DNA from: Mobula hypostoma
Lineage: Eukaryota
Length of the DNA stretch: 64,000 bases
Assembly (NCBI RefSeq): GCF_963921235.1
Contig: NC_086097.1
Coordinates: 59,088,001-59,152,000 of the forward strand
Direction of reading: 5' to 3'
This document shows, piece by piece, positions 62,298 to 64,000 of the stretch (position 1 is the stretch's first letter; each line of letters begins with the position of its first letter). Below the pieces are notes generated by a model. The model had not been told where the DNA came from, searched no databases, and saw only the letters and a program-made list of their open reading frames with translations. The position numbers were made by a program, and so were the translations under genes.

Positions 62298-62687
62298 GCC
62301 ACACTCAGGTTGGAGGAACAACACCTTATATTCCGTCTGGGTAGCCTCCAACCTGATGGCATGAACATCGACTTCTCTAACTTCCGCTAAGGCCCCACCT
62401 CCCCCTCGTACCCCATCGGTTACTCATTTTTATGCACACATTGTTTCTCTCACTCTCCTTTTTCTCCCTCTGTCCCTCTGAATATACCTCTTGCCCATCC
62501 TCTGGGTCACCCCCCCCCCCTTGTCTTTCTTCCCGGACCTCCTGTCCCATGATCCTCTCGTATCCCCTTTTGCCTATCACCTGTCCAGCTCTCGGCTCTA
62601 TCCCTCTCCCTCCTGTCTTCTCCTATCATTTTGCATCTCCCCCTCCCCCTCCAGCTTTCAAATCCCTTACTCACTCTTCCTTCAGTT

Positions 62688-62723
62688 AGTCCTGACGAAG
62701 GGTCTCGGCCTGAAACGTCGACT
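62688..62723 (+). ncRNA. Minimal type I hammerhead ribozyme motif (Penelope-associated)
   Basis: Helix I AGTC/GACT; core CTGACGA (62692-62698) and GAAA (62712-62715); short helix II; loopless palindromic ACGT helix III; GTC triplet with predicted cleavage after 62719. Confidence 0.8.
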
Positions 62724-63750
62724 GCGCCTCTTCCTATAGATGCTGCTTGGCCTGCTGCGTTCACCAGCAACTTTGATGTATGTTATTTTAATATGGGTGT
62801 AGTGAAAGTGTTTATTGCCTTTGTTAAATTTTTACTGTTGAGCTCTGTTTGGCAGATTTTATGAAGCCTTGAAGTAAATTCTGTCGAAAGTTTTCCCATT
62901 ATAGCAGTCTGATCTATTTTCTTTGCTCATTGATATAATGAATACTTAACACATTTCATATTCAGTTGTATTGTGTCTGGCTGCTCTGTTTTATATTCTA
63001 CTACCTTTATCGCACCTTTCTTTATGTTTAATGTTTGCACTTACCTAACCCAAAGTTCATGTTTATATCTTTATAATGTAGTTCAACTATTTGAATTAAT
63101 TGCTCTAGCTTTACTGATAAAGGAGCGTATAATTTCAAATTATCCCTGTATAGAAGGAGTGTTAAGGTATAGTTTGTTTAGGTGTCTCTGATTTGATACC
63201 CTACTTTAGTCCAGTTTAATACATTAGAGAGTGGGTTTAAAGCTAGACTAAACCATAGTGGGTTTAAAGAGTTGCCCTAAAAAATACCTCAGTTTATTTT
63301 GATAAGTGATTGTTCTTTTTTTGTTGTTAATAGATAGGGTGATTATATTACACTAATGCTTCATCAGATGTTTTAGGAATCTCACAAGTATTGCGTGTAG
63401 TTTATATGTATTAACAGCTTCCATTAACCATAAGTGTGGGACAGAGTCAAATGCTTTTAGGTAGTCAATATAACAACATGGAAACTTTCTGTTTTTCCAC
63501 TGGGCTTGATTTAGAACTACACAATCTATTATCAGTTGTTCTTTAGATGCTTTCATACCCTTATGGCATGTGTTCTGCTTTTCTGTAAGTATACTGTGGT
63601 TATCTAAGTGAGTAGTGATTAGCTGTGAGATGCATGATGTTACAATTTTATACATAAGCTGTAAACAAGTAATAGAATGGTATTTTAATGGGACATTTGT
63701 GATTTCCCCTTTAGGTAAGAGATATGTTTTACCTTCTGTCAAAGTTTTGG

Positions 63751-64000
63751 GCATAGCCAAGCACACTGATTTCTCAATTGCTAGAAACTTTCAGACTGTT
63801 TTAGAGGTGTTTCGTATTGTGGCTTTCTGGAGATTTACATAAATATTGCTGCATAAGTCTAATTATTTAATGCTATTGTGTAGTGACTTTGGGATGATAC
63901 CAGTTGTAGATATTACTTCTGGGACAAAGTATTTTCTTGTTCGTGTTCCATAGTCCTTCTATTTTCTCTTTTAGTTCAGCATATTTTTGGTGTTTTTCAC
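63751..64000 (-). mobile_element. 3' end of a second R4/Dong-like copy (runs off the window)
   Basis: GCATAGCCAAGCACACTGATTTCTCAATTGCTAG...CATAAATATTGCTG parallels 60571-60800. Confidence 0.8.

Larger units (their letters stand above)
61666..62783. mobile_element. Young Penelope-like insertion: inverted terminal-repeat pair with GIY-YIG C-terminus
   Basis: Arms 61711-62172 and 62323-62784 are near-identical reverse complements. Plus strand encodes MSVHGLLYCKDEATLRLEEQHLIFRLGSLQPDGMNIDFSNFR*. 15-bp TSD TATTTTAATATGGGT at 61651-61665 and 62784-62798. Confidence 0.93.
60495..63750 (-). mobile_element. R4/Dong-like non-LTR retrotransposon with restriction-like endonuclease (decayed, 5'-truncated)
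   Basis: RT: GKTYLLPK, YIDYLKAFDSVPH, GIF*GNSLNPLWF, YRDNLKLYA. Zinc knuckle KCRK..EKPETIQHITRSC...YLHKHNQVA. Endonuclease remnant at ~60640-60920. TTA-rich 3' flank. Confidence 0.85.

Noticed and set aside
61655..62864. Mirror-image ORF pairs on both strands
   Set aside because: By-products of the non-coding inverted terminal repeats.

Overview
This is eukaryotic, repeat-dense intronic or intergenic DNA. The repeat repertoire suggests a cartilaginous fish, probably a ray; that assignment is inference. No intact, recognisable host gene, rRNA, tRNA gene or CRISPR array is present. Nearly every ORF in the track is a transposon remnant or noise. Elements seen: CR1 LINEs (one near full-length, with a ~100-bp 5' monomer array and an internal deletion), a near-complete Rex1/Babar LINE plus many 3' stubs, RTE fragments, an R4/Dong-like LINE, a BEL/Pao element split by a ~7-kb stack of insertions that includes two Gypsy lineages, a Tc1-derived element, and several tRNA-derived SINE types. 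The most notable signal is a Penelope-like retroelement family carrying minimal hammerhead-ribozyme motifs, with at least 13 copies or relics. The youngest copy (61666-62783) is a ~460-bp inverted repeat with a hammerhead in each arm, a 36-bp in-frame tandem at the inversion point and a 15-bp target-site duplication. Several 150-260-bp fold-back mini-derivatives also occur, two of them with clear TSDs. Hammerheads in Penelope elements are established biology; the mini fold-back elements and their decay pattern are the parts worth checking. Some minus-strand exon-like units and TE-free AT-rich blocks may belong to an unrecognised gene, lncRNA or enhancers (low confidence). All family assignments come from motif recognition by eye, and boundaries of old elements are approximate.
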